The position numbers were made by a program, and so were the translations under genes. Shown piece after piece: positions 61,463 through 64,000 of a DNA stretch of 64,000 bases. This DNA comes from Verrucomicrobiota bacterium (lineage in GTDB: Bacteria > Verrucomicrobiota > Verrucomicrobiia > Opitutales > Intestinicryptomonadaceae): the NCBI GenBank assembly GCA_023450935.1, contig JAEXGH010000023.1, positions 436 to 64,435 on the forward strand, given 5' to 3'. Every line of letters begins with the position of its first letter. Position 1 is the stretch's first letter. The notes under the pieces were generated by a model. That model had not been told where the DNA came from. It was given only the letters and a program-made list of their open reading frames with translations, and searched no databases.

Positions 61463-62046
61463 TGAGTCTTGAAGAGGCGTTGCAACGCCGCGCAGAACGC
61501 GTTGCCGAAATAGCGCGCGAAACGGCGTGCGTTTTCGAAAAATCGAAAACAATCACGTTCGAAATCGGGTGCGGAAAGGGGCACTATTTGAGCGCATACG
61601 CCGCCGCGTTCCCGCAGGAGGTGTGCGTGGGAATCGACCTTATTTCCGAACGCGTGCGCGACTCGCGCCGCCGCGCCAAAAACAAAAACGCCGACAACGC
61701 CTTTTTCTTCAAGGCGGAGGCTTCCGAATTTCTCGACGCCCTCCCGCGCGACGCCGTTTTGGGCAAGATTTTCATTTTCTTCCCCGACCCGTGGCCGAAA
61801 GAACGCCACCACAAACGCCGCCTTATCCAGAGCGACTTTCTCGACTACATCAGGCAGTTCGCCCACGCGGGCACGAAGCTGTATTTCAGAACCGACCACG
61901 ACGAATATTTCGAGTGGGCGTGCGAAGTTTTTGCGGCAAACTCCAACTGGGAGCTTGACGCCGACAATGCGCTTCCGTTCGAGGAGGTCTCGCAATTCCA
62001 GCGCATTCTTCCGGTGTTTAACACGCTTGCTGCAACCGCGGTGTAG
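61462..62046 (+). CDS. trmB: tRNA (guanine46-N7)-methyltransferase
   Basis: 'FEIGCGKGHYL' and 'FIFFPDPWPKERHHKRRL'. The start overlaps the previous stop by 1 nt (TAATG). Confidence 0.87.
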   Translation: MSLEEALQRRAERVAEIARETACVFEKSKTITFEIGCGKGHYLSAYAAAFPQEVCVGIDLISERVRDSRRRAKNKNADNAFFFKAEASEFLDALPRDAVLGKIFIFFPDPWPKERHHKRRLIQSDFLDYIRQFAHAGTKLYFRTDHDEYFEWACEVFAANSNWELDADNALPFEEVSQFQRILPVFNTLAATAV

Positions 62047-62086
62047 TGCGGGTGCGGAAATTTTCGGCGCGGCTGAAAGGTTTTTT

Positions 62087-62847
62087 ATGGAGGAAGTTCT
62101 TGCGTTTTTTTCATCGCCGTTTCAGGCAGCTTCGCTGCTTGTGTGCGCGTTCTTCATCGGAATGTCGAAAACGGGAGTGCAGGGCATTACAATGCTGACT
62201 GTCCCGCTTATGGCGATAATTTTCGGGGCGAAAGAGTCGACCGGCGTGATTCTGCCGATGTTGTGTTTCGCCGACTTGATAGCGGTTGTCTACTACAGGC
62301 ACGCAGCGCGGTGGAAATACGTTCTCAAACTGCTGCCCGCCGCCGTTGCGGGCTTGTTTCTGGCGATTGCCGTTGACAGCTATGTTCCGCGCGAGGGCTT
62401 CAAGCACTTGATGGCGTTTTGCATTTTCTTCGGGCTGGCAACTATGGTTTTCAATGAGACCAAAAATCTTCGGCGGAGTCGTGGTCGGGCAAATGGTGGT
62501 ATGCCGCGCTTTTCGGTGTGGCGGGCGGCTTCACCACAATGATAGGCAACGCCGCGGGCGGCGTTATGGCGGTCTACCTGCTTTCGATGCGCTTTGGCAA
62601 GCTGGCTTTTGTCGGCACAAACGCATGGTTTTTCCTCGTGATAAACTATTCGAAAATCCCGCTGCAGATTTTTGCGTGGAACAACATTTCCGCCTATACG
62701 CTCGCGCTCGACGCCGTTTGTATCCCCGTGATTGCGGCGGGCGCGGCGGCGGGCGTGTGGTTCGTCAAAGCCCTTCCCGAGCGTGCATACAGACTGTTCG
62801 TGATTGTGTCCACCGCCGTTTCCACTGTCTTTATGTTGTTTGTGTAG
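62087..62847 (+). pseudogene. TauE/SafE-family sulfite/anion exporter interrupted by a -1 frame break in an A5 run
   Basis: The N-terminal half ('MEEVLAFFSS...MVFNETKN') is in the frame of 62087. The C-terminal half ('..KSSAESWSGKWWYAALFGVAGGFTTMIGNAAGGVMAVYLL...') is in the frame of 62518. Adding one A to aaaaa (62462-62466) gives an uninterrupted ~253-aa TauE-like protein. Confidence 0.7.
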
Positions 62848-62952
62848 CCCGCGCGCCTACGCGCGCTCTCTCTTTCGGGAGACACGGCGCGGCCCGCGCA
62901 ACAAAATTGTGTTGCGTCGGCGCGCGCGTGTGTTAAATTCGATGCCGTATTT

Positions 62953-63447
62953 ATGAAAAATCCACTGGTAAGCATTATTGTCGGCAGCACGAGCGATTGG
63001 GACACAATGCGTTTTTGCGCCGAAACCCTCGAAAAATTTTCAATCCCCTACGAACGCAACGTCGCAAGTGCACATCGCACTCCCGAAAAGGCAATGCAGT
63101 TGGCGTCTGCGGCGAAAGAGCGCGGCGTTAAAGTCGTGATTGCGGCGGCGGGCGGGGCGGCGCATTTGGCGGGCGTTCTTGCCGCGCACACGCGCCTGCC
63201 GATTATCGGTGTGCCGATGAAGGGCTGGGCGTTCGACGGAATGGACTCACTGCTTTCTACAGTCCAGATGCCGCGCGGCGTTCCCGTTTTGACTGTCGCA
63301 GTCGGCAAGGCGGGCGCGGTCAACGCGGCGGTTGCCGCGCTCCAGATTCTCGCCCTCTCCGACGAAAAATTCGACGCCGTTTTGGACGACTTCCGAAAGA
63401 GGCAGACTCAGGACGTTCTCAACGCAAAATTCCCCGACGAACAGTGA
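62953..63447 (+). CDS. purE: N5-carboxyaminoimidazole ribonucleotide mutase
   Basis: 'VSIIVGSTSDWDTM', 'SAHRTPE', 'IIAAAGGAAHLAGVLAA', 'PVIGVP'-type motif ('PIIGVPM'). Confidence 0.9.
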   Translation: MKNPLVSIIVGSTSDWDTMRFCAETLEKFSIPYERNVASAHRTPEKAMQLASAAKERGVKVVIAAAGGAAHLAGVLAAHTRLPIIGVPMKGWAFDGMDSLLSTVQMPRGVPVLTVAVGKAGAVNAAVAALQILALSDEKFDAVLDDFRKRQTQDVLNAKFPDEQ

Positions 63448-64000
63448 GCGACTCCGCCGACAACATTCCGCAGCCACCCCCCAAGATAGGTTTCCCCGAG
63501 GGCGTGTTGGGCGAAGCACCCGTCCGCTTGGACGTGCTCGGCGCATCGTTCGGCAGGTTCGCCGTTATCGACAAGCCCGCCGATTTGCTTTTCGATTCCT
63601 ATTTGGGCTCGCCCAAGCACAAAAGCGTTATGCTTGCCCTGCGCGAACAGCTCGGCAAGGGGGAACTTCAGCGGCTCGGCATCAAAAGCCCCTACGCCGT
63701 TCACCAGATTGACTTTGAATACTCGGGCGCGGCGGTTTTCGCCGCCGACAAGTCTTCCGCCGAGTCAATGCGCAACGCCGTGTGGTCGGGCGCGTGGACG
63801 TTCGAATTCCTCTTTTTGGCGCGCGCTTTCCGCAAGGGCGAGACCGAATTTACCGTAGACCTGCCCGTGCTAATGCACGAGGAACGCCCCGTGTGGATTG
63901 TATCGCACCGCTTCGGCAAAAAGGCGTCAACTTCGTTCAGGCTCGAGGAGCAGTTCGGCGATTTCCAGCTTTGGCGCGCCACGGCAAAGACTATACGCCC
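63444..64000 (+). CDS. RluA-family pseudouridine-synthase-like protein (5' part; runs off the window)
   Basis: My own translation from the GTG at 63444 (GTGA overlap with the purE stop): 'VSDSADNIPQ...FAVIDKPADLLFDS...SPYAVHQIDFEYSGAAVFAADK'. It resembles the RluA 'vidKPaGl' and 'HRLDxxTSG' motifs, although the latter is degenerate (HQIDFEYSG). No stop before the window ends. Confidence 0.55.
   Translation, partial: MSDSADNIPQPPPKIGFPEGVLGEAPVRLDVLGASFGRFAVIDKPADLLFDSYLGSPKHKSVMLALREQLGKGELQRLGIKSPYAVHQIDFEYSGAAVFAADKSSAESMRNAVWSGAWTFEFLFLARAFRKGETEFTVDLPVLMHEERPVWIVSHRFGKKASTSFRLEEQFGDFQLWRATAKTIR

Overview
This is a 64-kb chromosomal segment from a visibly GC-rich Gram-negative bacterium. 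The gene content includes two giant GH2 enzymes, a GspD/E/F-only secretion operon, few Shine-Dalgarno sites and very frequent ATGA start/stop overlaps. That pattern suggests a PVC-group (Lentisphaerota/Verrucomicrobiota/Kiritimatiellota-like) glycan degrader, but the taxonomy cannot be verified from the sequence alone.

I call about 55 protein genes, 2 pseudogene or relic loci and several hairpin terminators. Reading by eye, I found no rRNA, tRNA, CRISPR, integrase or transposase.

Housekeeping blocks:
- comM, pncC
- rpsP-trmD-rplS (no rimM)
- carA, fba
- zupT/zur
- htrA-queF
- cysE, coaX
- dnaK, groES-groEL
- a kef-type antiporter, trmB, purE

Accessory content: two secreted GH2 beta-galactosidase-like enzymes, an MFS transporter and a beta-propeller lipoprotein. 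There is also a gspD-X-gspE-gspF-TPR operon.

The stand-out region is about 14.1-28.6 kb, a tightly coupled type-II-PKS/FAS-like lipid assembly and export locus. It contains:
- two ACPs
- two KS proteins, each fused to a CLF-like second half
- a GT2 glycosyltransferase
- an MMPL exporter
- a lipid-A-type acyltransferase
- a LolA-like carrier

This resembles aryl-polyene/xanthomonadin/flexirubin loci but differs in three ways. It lacks KR, DH, TE and starter enzymes in the window. It carries a GcvT-like folate-type enzyme translationally coupled to its own ACP. It is flanked by a FabH-like KAS III that sits 2 nt behind an exbB-exbD-tonB operon.

All functional calls come from motif recognition by eye. 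No database search was run.
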